A DNA stretch of 64,000 bases from an uncultured Bacteroidales bacterium (GCA_963768805.1 CAVYJI010000008.1:131885-195884), one strand, 5' to 3'. Counted from the stretch's first letter, positions 47,278-57,829 are shown. Numbers and translations: made by a program. The notes: generated by a model not told the origin, from the sequence alone.

Positions 47278-48192
47278 ATGAAAAAAATCATTCTTTTTGT
47301 TCTCATCGTCATTGCCATAAGCGCAAATGCACAGAAACCATCACCACTGCAGATCTCAGGTTCTGGGTGGAGATATGTTGGTTGGTTTATTGACAGTACA
47401 AATTTCCCCTATATGGAAGATATGTATACTTTTATATTCAATGGAGATACCACTATTGCCTCAAACCTATATTATAAATACTATTTTTCGCTTATTCATT
47501 ACAATAATGGTGGCTCTAGTGATACTGTTTTTAAAAGTGAATATAGCGGTTGCCTGAGATCTGTTGGGGAGAAGGTATATTTTGTAGCCAAAGACAGTCT
47601 TTCTGAACTTTTGCTATATGACTATGCCCTAACTATAGGAGATACCGTACCAATTGGTTTATACAAAGGGAATATGCCGTTTGTTATAACAGACACGACA
47701 ACAATTCAAATGGAAGATGGGAGTTTAAGAATGAAATATCTATTAAACAGTTATTATCCCAGTTTTATTATTTATGGAATAGGGTATAATACCGGGTTAC
47801 TTAATCCATCTATTTTCGAGGTAACTAATTATAATGGAGGTATGGATTTTATGACCTATTGTGAAAACGGTACTCGGGGATATAATGAATCCGGAATTAT
47901 GTTCGGACCAGCAGAAGATTGTGATTTTCCATTAATGACCCAAATTATAGATTCAGGAAATACATTAGACGTTTATCCCAATCCTGCCTCTAATAGAATA
48001 ACTGTAGAACTATCTGGGATGACACAGAGCGGCAAAATTGCAATTATTGATATGGAGGGACAGGAATTTATCGCGCGCCAGATTACAGCGCCTAAAACGC
48101 AACTGGACATATCAAGCCTACCCAGCGGTGTATATTTTGTCCGGTTGACCAATGAGAAGACTGTGGAGGTGGGGAAGGTTGTGAAGCAATAA
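47278..48192 (+). CDS. Secreted protein with a T9SS C-terminal sorting domain
   Basis: Start moved to MKKIILFVLIVIAISANAQ. The C-terminus VYPNPASNRITVEL....IAIIDMEGQ........LDISSLPSGVYFVRLTNEKTVEVGKVVKQ is a Por secretion tail. Confidence 0.8.
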   Translation: MKKIILFVLIVIAISANAQKPSPLQISGSGWRYVGWFIDSTNFPYMEDMYTFIFNGDTTIASNLYYKYYFSLIHYNNGGSSDTVFKSEYSGCLRSVGEKVYFVAKDSLSELLLYDYALTIGDTVPIGLYKGNMPFVITDTTTIQMEDGSLRMKYLLNSYYPSFIIYGIGYNTGLLNPSIFEVTNYNGGMDFMTYCENGTRGYNESGIMFGPAEDCDFPLMTQIIDSGNTLDVYPNPASNRITVELSGMTQSGKIAIIDMEGQEFIARQITAPKTQLDISSLPSGVYFVRLTNEKTVEVGKVVKQ

Positions 48193-48255
48193 TTAAAAAC
48201 GCATTATATTGAATTTATTAATTGTAACTCGTCCAATTTAAAATAATAACAGGCA

Positions 48256-49131
48256 ATGAAAAAATCTATCTTATTCTTGGTTGCTTTCCTGATTTCAACG
48301 ATAACTGCCAGTGCCCAATGGCCATTCTACAGCTGTACCATCAATTTTGAAGATAACCCCTGCTGGGAGGGCTCTTACTATCATATCGATTATCCCGGGA
48401 CCAACAACATCTGGCAGGTATGCGTCCCACATAAAACGGTATTCGACAGTGCATTCTCTACCCCTCATGCCATTCTTACCGATAGTACGGGGCCATTCCC
48501 TGTAAGCAACACCTCCAGCTTCATCATTAAATTTCTGCTGAATCCATATTGTATGTGTGCACCCGCAATAGGAGGGAGGTACAAGTTCGACAGCGATTCA
48601 CTTAATGACTATGGCCGCCTCGACATTTCGTTTGATAATGGCGTCACATGGCTCGATGCCCTGAAGGAGGACTCTGGCCTCATTCAATGGTTTACGCCGA
48701 AACCCGTTTTCACTGGAAGGATCCATCAATGGCGGGAATTCGGCGCTATTTTGACGGGAGCTAATTACAAAATGGATACAATATGGTACAGGTACACATT
48801 TGTAAGCGATAGTATCCAAACTAACCAGGAAGGATGGATGCTCGACAATATTCAATTGATCGCCCATACTGAAGGTATACAGGATCACCGGTACCTGGAC
48901 GACATCAATATTTATCCAAATCCTGCAACCGATAAGATAACAATAGAAATACTAGGAGCAATCAAAGAAACCAGTCTGGCAATAGTTGATATCGAAGGTC
49001 AACAGCTTATCACTCAACAAATCAACGAACTCAAAACACAAATAGACATCAACACTCTGCCCAGCGGGGTTTATTTTGTGAGACTGACCAATGATAAGAC
49101 GGTGGAGGTGGGAAAGATCATTAAAGAATAA
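48256..49131 (+). CDS. Secreted protein with a T9SS C-terminal sorting domain
   Basis: Signal peptide present. The C-terminus IYPNPATDKITIEI...LAIVDIEGQ...IDINTLPSGVYFVRLTNDKTVEVGKIIKE closely resembles the tail of the upstream gene. Confidence 0.8.
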   Translation: MKKSILFLVAFLISTITASAQWPFYSCTINFEDNPCWEGSYYHIDYPGTNNIWQVCVPHKTVFDSAFSTPHAILTDSTGPFPVSNTSSFIIKFLLNPYCMCAPAIGGRYKFDSDSLNDYGRLDISFDNGVTWLDALKEDSGLIQWFTPKPVFTGRIHQWREFGAILTGANYKMDTIWYRYTFVSDSIQTNQEGWMLDNIQLIAHTEGIQDHRYLDDINIYPNPATDKITIEILGAIKETSLAIVDIEGQQLITQQINELKTQIDINTLPSGVYFVRLTNDKTVEVGKIIKE

Positions 49132-49139
49132 AGGATTGT

Positions 49140-49748
49140 ATGGGTACAAATCTTAAAATTATTCTTACAGTACTAGTCTTAACACCACTTACTTCTTGTG
49201 TAATTGAAATTAATGAAAATGGTTATCGGTCGTTAACAGATGAATCAAAGAAACATATTCGGCCTTTTACAATGGATTTATTGAACCGGAATCAAAATTA
49301 TAAGGATTCCATATTTATCTATGAAATATCATCGCGTGACATCAGGCAGATTATTAAACAAAACAAATACACCTGGATTCACTTTTGGGCTCCCTACTGT
49401 TCAGCTAAATCCTGCATAAATGTTGCTGGTATAATGGAGGAAGTCAGAGAAATGGAAAAGGGAAAGGATTTTGTAGAATTGTTAATTTCTACTGTTTATG
49501 ATCTTGATGCCATCAAATCGAGGTTAAAAAACTCAAATTTTAAACAACCTGTATTCATTTTAAGGGATTCAATCTACGGTCATAACCAAGTCAGAGGAAA
49601 GCGATTGTTTGCTTGTGAAATTGACAATAATTCTTTGTTAAAGAAAAATGAGTACTTTTCAGAATATTTGTTTTGTGATACTTTACTACAAGTTGCATCC
49701 TGGAACTTAACACCGAAACAGATCGATAGTGTCGTAAATTATGAATAA
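49140..49748 (+). CDS. Hypothetical lipoprotein (weak thioredoxin-like HFWAPYCSAKSC motif)
   Basis: 202 aa, lipobox LTSC. The degenerate FWA.(W/Y)C..C-like motif is only suggestive. Confidence 0.5.
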   Translation: MGTNLKIILTVLVLTPLTSCVIEINENGYRSLTDESKKHIRPFTMDLLNRNQNYKDSIFIYEISSRDIRQIIKQNKYTWIHFWAPYCSAKSCINVAGIMEEVREMEKGKDFVELLISTVYDLDAIKSRLKNSNFKQPVFILRDSIYGHNQVRGKRLFACEIDNNSLLKKNEYFSEYLFCDTLLQVASWNLTPKQIDSVVNYE

Positions 49749-50066
49749 ATTGATATAATGCCTATCCGTAGAACCTCATCTAACTACATCGACGAACTTC
49801 CCCGACGAGTATAAGATCACTATGGAATAACCATCCGTAAAGACAGAATGATAACTATCGTAAATTGTACAGTTATAGATTCCTTTACTCTGTGAGTTTA
49901 TCAAGATCATCCTGTTCCTTTAATGACCATTCCTTCAGCTTATCTTTCCAGAAGTCCAGTGCATTAAAGTCAGGTGATGAATACTTATTACGCAACGATG
50001 ACTGATGTATGAAGGTCCGGTTCCTGGATTCTCCGCCAGCCAATTTTGAAGAAATACGAAAACTAT

Positions 50067-50099
50067 CGAAAAGCACTGATGTTCAGTGCTTTTTTTTTT
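50067..50099 (+). terminator. Terminator-like hairpin; right copy of the 29-bp direct repeat
   Basis: CGAAAAGCACTGATGTTCAGTGCTTTTTTTTTT. The first 29 nt are identical to 41911-41939. Confidence 0.7.
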
Positions 50100-50209
50100 G
50101 AATAAGGCTGAATGAGCAGAAAGATGTAAGAGAAGCTCTGTTCCGGGTTGCTAATGCGGTTGACTGATAAAAGAGTTTTCAAGTCCGCCAAACCCATTGT
50201 GATTGACTT

Positions 50210-53200
50210 TTAATCTTGCAGACACCTGACAGCAAATGCGTTTATTCGGGCAGCAGGATAATGTGACACGCTTGGATCCTCTGCGTTCATGCCATGGGCC
50301 CAGGCCTGGGTGTTACTGCGGAATGTTGATGACCAGAAGAAGGTTGAAAACCCCTTGTATACCCAGCTGTTGTTGAAATAATTTTCACCTGATAAAAAGG
50401 CATCATACCCTGAATATCCTGAATACTTCAAAGGGCTGCCTGCAAATGCACTGTTTACGTAATCAGCAAATAATGTGTTCCATTCATTGTCAGCCGGAAT
50501 ATGCCAGCCGGGAGGACAAAAACCCTGGTCTCCGGGGGTATTATCATACTGCATGAGTTCATCCCATTGGTAGAGACCTCCCAGGCTTGTGCAATTTGCG
50601 GGATTGTCATTGTAACAGTATTTTTCCCAACTACAGTTGTCTCTCTGATCCTGTGCGGATACAAGGGTGGTTCCATAGTTCAGGTTTGAGGCCATCCAGC
50701 ATTGTGACCCAAGCTGAACAGTAGTGTATGATTTATTGTCACGGATGTCAATCAGGTTATCTCCGCAGCTGAAAACAGGAGCACCTTGTACGATGATGTG
50801 AATGCTTTTACTGGCAGTGCACATGGCCGCATTGGTGTAAGTGTAGGTGATAGTCTTCGTGCCGGTCCCTGCTATCGATTGTGTAAAGATGCCGGTCAAC
50901 GGATTGACTCCCGGTCCCGAATATGTACCGCCCAATGGGATCCCCCCCTTAAGTTTAATTGGCTGGGCATTGACAGATGTAATGGTATCAAAGCATGAAG
51001 TGAATGTAACAATTAAACTTCCGCCTGCCCCGTTCATGATGATGTCGGCAGAGCTTGCAGGATTGCCTGAAACACAAGCCAGATCAGACGTCATGATGCA
51101 GCGGACACTGTCATTATTGACAGGGTTATAGGTGTAAGTTGCTGAGTTAATGCCGGCATTGACCCCGTCGACTTTCCACTGGTATGAAGGACTTGCTCCT
51201 CCATTCACCGGCGTGGCAGTAAAAGTGACCGATGATCCCGGGCAAAATGGATTTGAAGATGCTGTGATAGAGACCCCGGCCGGCAAACCGTTGTTTACAA
51301 CCATATTGATCTGGTTACTGGTAGCAGGGTTGCCTGTCGAACAGCCTATACTTGAAGTCAGAACACAGGTCACTGCGTCATTGTTCAGGGGAATATATGA
51401 ATAGGTCGGACTATCTATGCCGGCATTAACGCCATTGACTTTCCACTGATATGAAGGGGAAGCACCTCCGTTTGCAGGCGTTGCTGTAAAAGTTACAGAT
51501 GACCCGGTACATGTTGGATTTGCGGAAGCGACAATTGAAACGCTGACTGCCAAGGCTCCACTTACCGACATCGTGATCGTATTGGATGTCGCCGGGTTGC
51601 CTGCCGGGCATGCAACATTTGAAGTCAGCACACACGTCACCGCATCATTGTTCAGGGGAATGTATGAATAGGTCGGACTATCTGTGCCGGCATTAATGCC
51701 ATTCACTTTCCACTGATATGAAGGAGTAGTACCTCCATTTGTGGGAGTTGCTGTAAATGTTACGGAGGAACCGGTACATGTTGGATTGGCGGAAGCGACA
51801 ATTGAAACGCTGACTGCCAGGGTTCCACTTACAGACATCGTGATGGTATTGGATGTTGCCGGGTTACCTGCCGGGCATGCCACATTTGAAGTCAGCACAC
51901 AGGTCACTGCATCATTGTTCAAAGGAATATATGTATAGGTAGGACTATCGGTACCGGCGTTAATGCCATTGACTTGCCACTGATAAGAAGGAGCGGCACC
52001 TCCGTTGACAGGGGTAGCAGTAAAGGTGACGGAAGTACCTGAACAGACAGGGTTATTATCTGCTGTAATAGAAACGCTGACCGGTGAAGTTGCATTAACG
52101 GTCATGGTGATCGTGTTGGATGTTGCAGGATTGCCTGTCGCACAGGTAGAGCTTGATGTCAACACACAGATCACTGCATCACTGTTCACAGGAGTATATG
52201 TGTAGGTGGGACTATCGGTTCCGGCATTTACACCATTGACCTGCCACTGATAAGAAGGAGCAGCGCCTCCGTTTGTCGGAGTTGCGGTATATGTGACGGA
52301 TGACCCTATACATGAGGGGTTCGCAGATGCAGTGATTGAAACACTGACCGGTAATGCCCCGGTCACAGTCATCGTGATCGTGTTGGATGTTGCAGGGTTG
52401 CCGGAAGGACAGGAGATATTTGAAGTCAGCACACAGGTCACCACATCATTGTTGACCGGAATATACGAATAGGTTGGACTATCTGTGCCGGCATTAACGC
52501 CATTGACTTTCCACTGGTATGAGGGGCCAGGACCTCCGTTCGTTGGAGTTGCAGTATATGTGATGGTAGTCCCTGTACATGTAGGATTTTCTGAGGCGGC
52601 AATTAAAACGCTGACCGGCAAAGCACCACTTACCGTCATCGTGATCGTGTTTGATGTTGCAGGGTTACCGGTCGGACAGGCAATATTTGAAGTCAGCACA
52701 CAGGTCACGGCATCATTGTTCAGGGGAATATAAGAATAAGTGGGACTATTGGTTCCCGCGTTGACACCATTGACTTTCCACTGGTAGGAAGGAGCAGCGC
52801 CTCCATTTACAGGGGTTGCTGTAAATGTGACTGTAGTGCCTGAACAGACAGGGTTATTATCTGCTGTAATAGAAACGCTGACCGGTGAAGTTGCATTGAC
52901 GGTCATGGTGATCGTGTTGGAGGTTGCAGGATTACCGGTAGGACAGGCAATATTTGAAGTAAGCACACAGGTCACTGCATCATTGTTCAGCGGGATATAT
53001 GAATAGGTAGGGCTGTTTGGGCCAACAGGCAGCCCATTGACTTTCCACTGATAAGAAGGTGAACCACCACCATTCGTGGGTGTAGCTGTGAATGTGACTG
53101 TAGTGCCTGAACAGATAGGGTTATTATCTGCTGTAATAGAAACGCTGACCGGTGAAGTTGCATTGACGGTCATGGTGATCGTGTTGGAGGTTGCAGGGTT

Positions 53201-54619
53201 ACCTGTCGGGCATGTCACATTTGATGTCAGTACACATTTCACTGCATCATTGTTCAGCGGGATATATGAATAGGTAGGGCTGTTTGGGCCAACAGACAGA
53301 CCATTGACTTTCCACTGGTATGCAGGTGTAGTTCCCCCATTGACAGGAGTAGCTGTAAACGTGACCGATGTTCCTGCGCAGACGGGATTTGAAGAGGCAG
53401 TAATTGAAACACTGACAGCCGAAGTCGGGTTAACCGTGACGGTAATGCTGGTTCTTGTAATACTTGCCGTGCAGGTACTGTCCTGAACATAATAAGTGGT
53501 ATTGGCTATTAATATTGGGGTCGTATAATTCGATCCGCCACCAAGGTAAAGGCCGCCGGTCGCTGCACTGTACCAACCGAAAGTTCCGGTACCGCTTACA
53601 CTGAGTGTAGTACTGTTCCCGCTGCATATCGTCAGGTTGGCAGGAGGCGTAGTATTTGTTGGTGCAGTGGGTGCCACGCACGGGCTATATTCCCAGAGAT
53701 CGTCAGCAAATCCTGCAACGCCATAACCTGTTCCGAAATAACCTTTTGTCGCGGTACCGAAAGCAGCAACAGACTGGTATCCGGCTCCTGCATAATTGGC
53801 CTCCTCGGTCCAGGAATCAGCAACAGGATCATATTGGTAGAAGTCGATTCTGAAGAAGGTCCCGTCATAACCGGTTCCGGCATATCCTTTTGTGCCGATG
53901 GTCATGCCTTTGGCATAGCCAATCGGTCCTCCGGGATAATCTGTTTTTTGCGTCCAGGCATTCGTCGTTGTATCATATTTCCAAAAGTCGCTGACAAAGA
54001 ACAATGAGGTATCCAGACCAGTACCGATGAACCCGTCACCCCCGACACCAAATGCGATGGCAATTTCCCGGCCAGATCCTCCGAAACTGGCTACTTCGGT
54101 CCAGGTGTCGGTAGAAGGATCATATTTCCAGAAGTCACGCCTTAAAGTGTTGTCATTTCCCGTTCCGATATATCCTTTGTTGCCGATACTGAAACCAACG
54201 GCAACATAGCGGGGGGTTCCACCAAAGGGAGCTACCTGGGCCCAGTTGTTTGCCGTGGTATCATACTTCCAGAAGTCACTCCAAATGTAACTACCGGTGT
54301 CATACCCGGTCCCGAGATACCCATACGCTCCAATGCTGAATCCAACAGCCCCGTATCTCGGAGTACCTCCGAAATCAGCTTTCTGGGACCAGGTATTGGT
54401 AACAGTGTCATATTCCCAAAAGTCCTTTCTGTAATTATTGTTCAAATCCTGACCGGTTCCAATAAATCCTTTGTGCCCGATAGAAAAACCAACAGCCAGC
54501 CATCGCCCAAATCCCCCGAAATTGGCTTTCTGTGTCCATGTATTGGCAGGCTGGGCTAAAGATCCAATGGCGCTTGACAAGAAGAAGATAAGGGCTAAAA
54601 AAGGATATAACTTTTTCAT
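50210..54619 (-). CDS. Giant surface protein: 6-blade beta-propeller-like repeats, 9 Ig-like 89-aa repeats, C-terminal FISUMP domain
   Basis: Start moved to MKKLYPFLALIFF..SLAQ (ATG at 54617-54619). N-terminus has 6 x (W.Q.A.FGG..R..AVGFSIG.KGY.GTG...DFW.YD). Then 9 x (TFTATP.NGG..PSYQWKVNG...G..SPTYSYIP.NNDAVTCVLTS...C..GNPATSN.I.M.V). The C-terminus has CPPGWHIP.DNEW ... AFAVRCLQD. Confidence 0.85.
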   Translation of the reverse strand: MKKLYPFLALIFFLSSAIGSLAQPANTWTQKANFGGFGRWLAVGFSIGHKGFIGTGQDLNNNYRKDFWEYDTVTNTWSQKADFGGTPRYGAVGFSIGAYGYLGTGYDTGSYIWSDFWKYDTTANNWAQVAPFGGTPRYVAVGFSIGNKGYIGTGNDNTLRRDFWKYDPSTDTWTEVASFGGSGREIAIAFGVGGDGFIGTGLDTSLFFVSDFWKYDTTTNAWTQKTDYPGGPIGYAKGMTIGTKGYAGTGYDGTFFRIDFYQYDPVADSWTEEANYAGAGYQSVAAFGTATKGYFGTGYGVAGFADDLWEYSPCVAPTAPTNTTPPANLTICSGNSTTLSVSGTGTFGWYSAATGGLYLGGGSNYTTPILIANTTYYVQDSTCTASITRTSITVTVNPTSAVSVSITASSNPVCAGTSVTFTATPVNGGTTPAYQWKVNGLSVGPNSPTYSYIPLNNDAVKCVLTSNVTCPTGNPATSNTITMTVNATSPVSVSITADNNPICSGTTVTFTATPTNGGGSPSYQWKVNGLPVGPNSPTYSYIPLNNDAVTCVLTSNIACPTGNPATSNTITMTVNATSPVSVSITADNNPVCSGTTVTFTATPVNGGAAPSYQWKVNGVNAGTNSPTYSYIPLNNDAVTCVLTSNIACPTGNPATSNTITMTVSGALPVSVLIAASENPTCTGTTITYTATPTNGGPGPSYQWKVNGVNAGTDSPTYSYIPVNNDVVTCVLTSNISCPSGNPATSNTITMTVTGALPVSVSITASANPSCIGSSVTYTATPTNGGAAPSYQWQVNGVNAGTDSPTYTYTPVNSDAVICVLTSSSTCATGNPATSNTITMTVNATSPVSVSITADNNPVCSGTSVTFTATPVNGGAAPSYQWQVNGINAGTDSPTYTYIPLNNDAVTCVLTSNVACPAGNPATSNTITMSVSGTLAVSVSIVASANPTCTGSSVTFTATPTNGGTTPSYQWKVNGINAGTDSPTYSYIPLNNDAVTCVLTSNVACPAGNPATSNTITMSVSGALAVSVSIVASANPTCTGSSVTFTATPANGGASPSYQWKVNGVNAGIDSPTYSYIPLNNDAVTCVLTSSIGCSTGNPATSNQINMVVNNGLPAGVSITASSNPFCPGSSVTFTATPVNGGASPSYQWKVDGVNAGINSATYTYNPVNNDSVRCIMTSDLACVSGNPASSADIIMNGAGGSLIVTFTSCFDTITSVNAQPIKLKGGIPLGGTYSGPGVNPLTGIFTQSIAGTGTKTITYTYTNAAMCTASKSIHIIVQGAPVFSCGDNLIDIRDNKSYTTVQLGSQCWMASNLNYGTTLVSAQDQRDNCSWEKYCYNDNPANCTSLGGLYQWDELMQYDNTPGDQGFCPPGWHIPADNEWNTLFADYVNSAFAGSPLKYSGYSGYDAFLSGENYFNNSWVYKGFSTFFWSSTFRSNTQAWAHGMNAEDPSVSHYPAARINAFAVRCLQD

Positions 54620-54734
54620 AAGCAACGGGCTTCTAAGGGTGCATTGAATAACTTTTTCATTTAAATCTCCAGGGGAACGCAACTCACTGATATTTCGTAA
54701 AATTAAATACAAATTTTGAATTGATCACCCCCAT

Positions 54735-56315
54735 TCACCAACATTTAAGTATTTTTCTCATATTTTTTCCCATATACCTGTAAATGACTGCATTCTCTCC
54801 TCCGACTATCCCGTTACTAAAGGATATTAATCTCAGGATCCGGGTAGTATCAATCAGGCCCCTGAATGGTTTATTTGTAATGACATACGAATCAGTGTCG
54901 CTGTTTAACGCATGTGAAAGCTTTAATTTAAGAACCGGATCAGGCAAATGATCATTCCAGCGACAAAAGGTCAGCATTTGACCATTCTCCACCCCGAAAT
55001 ATTTTTCTCCTGTATATACGCTTATTGCAGGCCGCAGGGTCGGGTCAAGGATATAGACCTGTTCATGGCCTTTCTTTACTTTTTCCAGGTACTCGCTCAT
55101 TTCCTTGCCTTCAGAGAAGGGATAAAGCAAATCCATGGAGTAAGCATAGATGCCATTGATGAACTGAAGGGTAAAGATCATGAGAGAGATCGTAAGCCAG
55201 GTCTTTTTAACCTGGCTCCGGGCGATAATGAAGCAGAAGACAAATAAAAGATAGAGAAATCCGAAATACCTGGTGCCATGAACCAGGGGCAGGAAGAAAT
55301 AGAGAGGAAGAAAGAGCAATAAAAAAATGCCAAACATGGTAAAGGCAAATTTGTTTCTTTTCAGGATCAGGAGTGGAATAAGGATGGAAGCGAGGGACAG
55401 GAGAAAAATGACCGGGGGCATCAGGTGAAGCGCCTGGTACCATAAACTGTTCCAGAACTGGTGATCAGGTGCACTGTAATCAGGAATATAAAATATGCCT
55501 TTAAGGCAAACTGAGATTGTCTTAAGGATCCTTTCCCCTGAGAAATAGCCGGAGGTATCATAGCTCATGAACCTGCCTGTATAATCGCCGGGTGGAATTA
55601 TGGACCAGGCAGCTAAAAGCCACCCGGTGATAATGATAAGGGTAGCACAGATAAGTACTTTTCTTTCCTGCTTCAACAGCAGATCCTTCTTATTGAGGAT
55701 GTAGGTAAGAACGAATGCGACTGAAATAATCAGTGAAAAAAGATGTGCATTGGCAAGGAAAAAAATGACCAGTGCCATCCTGATAAGGGCTTTTTGATCA
55801 TTCTGGAAAATATAGAGAAGAAGAAACATCAGGCATCCGCTTAAACCGTAATTCCTGCTGATGATATTGTATTCGAAGAAGAGGTAATAACTGAATATGA
55901 TAACGATCTTCTCAAACAGGCTTATGTTAAACCTGCAGATAATAAATGCGGTGATACAGCTTATCAGGATGTGAAGAAGCTGCATGTAAAAGATCTGGGT
56001 GGTGAACCGTGTAACAAGGAATAGAAGAACGTTCCAGAGGAGAGGATGACCTTCAAACCGGCAGTTATAAACTAATTCAGACAAACTCCTGCTGTCGCGG
56101 GCAAGTAAAAAGTGCTGGGCTTCATCAAGCCATATTTCGTGGTGAAGGATCCCTATAAAGCTGAGTAAAAAAAAGACACTCAGTATGAGTGCATTTTTCC
56201 ACCCCGCATTCACTTGCACATTCATTCGCATATTCAATGACAATGCAGTTCGGTCAGCTGGCCATTCTGATTCAGGGAATTTGTTCGCCCCGTATACTCC
56301 GGCAGCTGATTTCAT
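54735..56315 (-). CDS. Polytopic membrane protein, GT-C-type glycosyltransferase-like (tentative)
   Basis: About 12 TM segments. The first-loop motif HHEIWLDEAQHFLLAR resembles GT-C (ArnT/PMT/DUF2029-type) enzymes. The real start may be the internal MRMNVQV. Confidence 0.5.
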   Translation of the reverse strand: MKSAAGVYGANKFPESEWPADRTALSLNMRMNVQVNAGWKNALILSVFFLLSFIGILHHEIWLDEAQHFLLARDSRSLSELVYNCRFEGHPLLWNVLLFLVTRFTTQIFYMQLLHILISCITAFIICRFNISLFEKIVIIFSYYLFFEYNIISRNYGLSGCLMFLLLYIFQNDQKALIRMALVIFFLANAHLFSLIISVAFVLTYILNKKDLLLKQERKVLICATLIIITGWLLAAWSIIPPGDYTGRFMSYDTSGYFSGERILKTISVCLKGIFYIPDYSAPDHQFWNSLWYQALHLMPPVIFLLSLASILIPLLILKRNKFAFTMFGIFLLLFLPLYFFLPLVHGTRYFGFLYLLFVFCFIIARSQVKKTWLTISLMIFTLQFINGIYAYSMDLLYPFSEGKEMSEYLEKVKKGHEQVYILDPTLRPAISVYTGEKYFGVENGQMLTFCRWNDHLPDPVLKLKLSHALNSDTDSYVITNKPFRGLIDTTRILRLISFSNGIVGGENAVIYRYMGKNMRKILKCW

Positions 56316-56464
56316 AGCTCTTTGATTTAATTCTCAAAGGTAATTCAAAATCGATCTTAACCAAATACAACAAGAGACAGGTCAGGTGCAATAGCTCATT
56401 TTGAGATCTTTCCCTTTGATGACCGGGCAAATTGCCATTTCTTCGTCATAATTTTTTAACTTTC

Positions 56465-56494
56465 TTGTTCGTGTGCCGAAAATTCTTAATTTTG
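56465..56494 (+). promoter_or_regulatory. Candidate asnA promoter
   Basis: TTG, then 19 nt, then TAATTTTG (a TAnnTTTG -7 box), about 75 nt upstream of the ATG. Confidence 0.45.
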
Positions 56495-56567
56495 GGGCTC
56501 GTTTCAACAATTACCCATTCAATAAAATTTTATATATCAATAACTTAAACTAAAAAGAGAACAACAC

Positions 56568-57698
56568 ATGGAAAACAAAAAAGCTGATCTTGCCGGTCCC
56601 GGTATCGGCGACTATGCCGACCTGGTGAATGTCCTTCCGAAGGATTATGCATCACTACTGAACCGCAAGGAGACTCAGAATGCGCTTACTGCAGCTAAGC
56701 AGTACATTGAAGAGAACCTCTGCAAAGAACTAAACCTGATTAGGGTTGAATGTCCGCTGATCGTTGATGTTGAAAGCGGGGTCAATGACTACCTGGACCG
56801 CGATGGGTCGCGCACACCCATCCAGTTCCACATTAAGAACGACTATGACAAGCACCCCATTGAAGCACAGGTCGTACAGGCTGCTACCAAATGGAAGAGA
56901 ATGGCCCTGAAACAATTCGAGATGAAACCCGGAGAAGGTCTTTACACTGACATGCGCGCTGTCCGCAAGGATTATTTTCTCGATCATGACCACAGTGCTT
57001 ATGTTGATCAGTGGGATTGGGAAATGGTTATCACAAAAGAGCAGAGGAACCTGGAGTTTCTCACCGGCGTAGTAAAAAAACTGTGGAAGACCCTGAAAGG
57101 CGCCGAAGATCATGTTCAACAACTTTTCCCGAAACTGAAAAGTAACAAATATCCCAACCTGCCTGACCAGATCAAGTTCCTTCATGCTGAAGAGATCCTT
57201 GACATGTATCCTACACTGCCAAGGAAGCAACGCGAAACAGCGATCCTGCAAAAATTCCCGGCAGTTTTTATTTATGGTATCGGATGGACACTGAAAGATG
57301 GCTATCCTCATGAAATGAGGGCAGCAGATTATGATGACTGGGTAACCCCGACTGTTTCAGCAGATGGAAAGCCGATGCATGGCCTTAATGGTGATATTCT
57401 CGTATGGAACCATGTCACCCAGCGCCGCCATGAACTTTCTTCAATGGGTGTCCGTGTAAATGCAGAGACCCTGAGGCAGCAACTGGAACTCACAAAGCAG
57501 CTCGACTTCCTGAATTTCCCTTATCATAAAGCGATTATCAATAATGAAATACCGCTCAGCATAGGTGGCGGGATCGGGCAGTCACGCACCTACATGTCCC
57601 TTCTGAAGAAGGCACATTTAGGCGAATGCAGTGTTACCGTATGGCCGAAGATCCTGAAGGATATGTGCAATGAAAAGAATATTCATGTCCTTGAATAA
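56568..57698 (+). CDS. asnA: Aspartate--ammonia ligase (asparagine synthetase A)
   Basis: 376 aa. Motifs shared with E. coli AsnA: YVDQWDWE, LNGDILVWN, ELSSMG(I/V)RV, IGGGIGQSR. Confidence 0.95.
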   Translation: MENKKADLAGPGIGDYADLVNVLPKDYASLLNRKETQNALTAAKQYIEENLCKELNLIRVECPLIVDVESGVNDYLDRDGSRTPIQFHIKNDYDKHPIEAQVVQAATKWKRMALKQFEMKPGEGLYTDMRAVRKDYFLDHDHSAYVDQWDWEMVITKEQRNLEFLTGVVKKLWKTLKGAEDHVQQLFPKLKSNKYPNLPDQIKFLHAEEILDMYPTLPRKQRETAILQKFPAVFIYGIGWTLKDGYPHEMRAADYDDWVTPTVSADGKPMHGLNGDILVWNHVTQRRHELSSMGVRVNAETLRQQLELTKQLDFLNFPYHKAIINNEIPLSIGGGIGQSRTYMSLLKKAHLGECSVTVWPKILKDMCNEKNIHVLE

Positions 57699-57720
57699 TT
57701 GACAGTTGATGAATTACGGG

Positions 57721-57799
57721 ACGACAGGTGCAAAAGGGGAACCCAGGATTTGAAATGAAATAAGATTTTCCCCGGTCTTTTGTACCTGTCGTTTTTTTT
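57721..57799 (+). terminator. asnA terminator (long interrupted hairpin plus T-run)
   Basis: ACGACAGGTGCAAAAG (57721-57736) pairs with CTTTTGTACCTGTCGT (57777-57792), followed by T8. Confidence 0.7.
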
Positions 57800-57829
57800 A
57801 AGTTGACTGCACCAGGTTAATTAATTCCC

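Noticed and set aside
49885-50076. 63-aa minus-strand ORF.
   Set aside because: Its start codon lies inside the terminator-like 29-bp repeat hairpin, and it has no recognisable family or start context. It may be a gene fragment, and the evidence is insufficient to call it.
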